From Patescibacteria group bacterium (lineage in GTDB: Bacteria; Patescibacteriota; UBA1384; 2-12-FULL-50-11; DASWYB01): DNA of 35,587 nt. Numbering within the stretch: the first letter of the stretch is position 1; every line of letters starts with the position of its first letter. The DNA lies in assembly GCA_041486955.1 (NCBI GenBank), contig JBGPML010000003.1, forward strand, positions 1-35,587, given 5' to 3'. Shown here in pieces: positions 35,330 to 35,587 of this stretch. The position numbers and the translations under genes were made by a program. Under the pieces are notes generated by a model. The model ran no database searches. It was not told the origin of the DNA and saw nothing but the letters and a program-made list of their open reading frames with translations.

Positions 35330-35427
35330 GAATGAAATCTTTAGTCTGACGATCTGTTTGCAATCGTTTGTTCCGACATTGTCCGGTTCCCTCTACTCGC
35401 TCCGGCTTGCCTAGAGGGAGTAATGTC

Positions 35428-35587
35428 CTATTTCACGAGCTTTTGAGCAACGTGATTCGGAACCTCAGCATAGTGATCAAATTCCATGGTATAACTCGCT
35501 CGTCCCTGGGACATGGAGCGAAGCGCCGTCGAATAACCGAACATTTCCGAGAGTGGGACAAACGAATCAATCACTTTTGACCCGACT
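35428..35587 (-). CDS. fusA: Elongation factor G, 3' end (partial; not in the ORF track)
   Basis: Manual translation: ...[43 protein letters not shown]. Confidence 0.97.
   Translation of the reverse strand, partial: VGSKVIDSFVPLSEMFGYSTALRSMSQGRASYTMEFDHYAEVPNHVAQKLVK

Noticed and set aside
35368-35580. 70-aa plus-strand ORF
   Set aside because: Antisense shadow of the fusA 3' end.
1-35587. Alternative genetic code (UGA read as Gly), tRNA or rRNA genes, introns, transposases
   Set aside because: TGA acts as a stop (e.g. rpsQ, pheS), conserved genes are uninterrupted, and no tRNA cloverleaf, rRNA or transposase motif was seen.

Overview
Core-genome window from a reduced bacterium, most likely Patescibacteria/CPR. 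Signs of this are no rpmD/L30, AspRS without the GAD domain, PheS without its N-terminal coiled coil, a rpmF-nusB-rnc block and a PaaX/Cas2-like regulator; the genetic code is standard. The left part holds leuS, rpmF, nusB, rnc, membrane genes, a D,D-carboxypeptidase, a pseudouridine synthase, aspS, pheT/pheS, rbfA and an exported HExxH peptidase. The right part is the minus-strand fusA(3' end)-tuf-rpsJ-[ABC transporter]-S10-spc-[LysM]-adk-map-infA-alpha-rplM-rpsI superoperon. The most interesting signals are non-coding. (1) Six copies, in two related subfamilies, of a 120-165 bp palindromic element. They share an apical GA-stem-GA core that folds best on the antisense strand, have copy-specific outer arms, and are oriented with transcription. 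(2) The two copies inside the ribosomal operon each carry a homologous 51-55 aa ORF that starts at an upstream SD/ATG, crosses the hairpin and stops overlapping the rpsM or rplX start codon. (3) A ~360 nt promoter-to-terminator unit (14210-14609) with RNA structure and a chain of five start/stop-overlapping micro-ORFs. (4) A long structured leader ahead of rplC. All folding and alignment was done by eye; no database searches were run.
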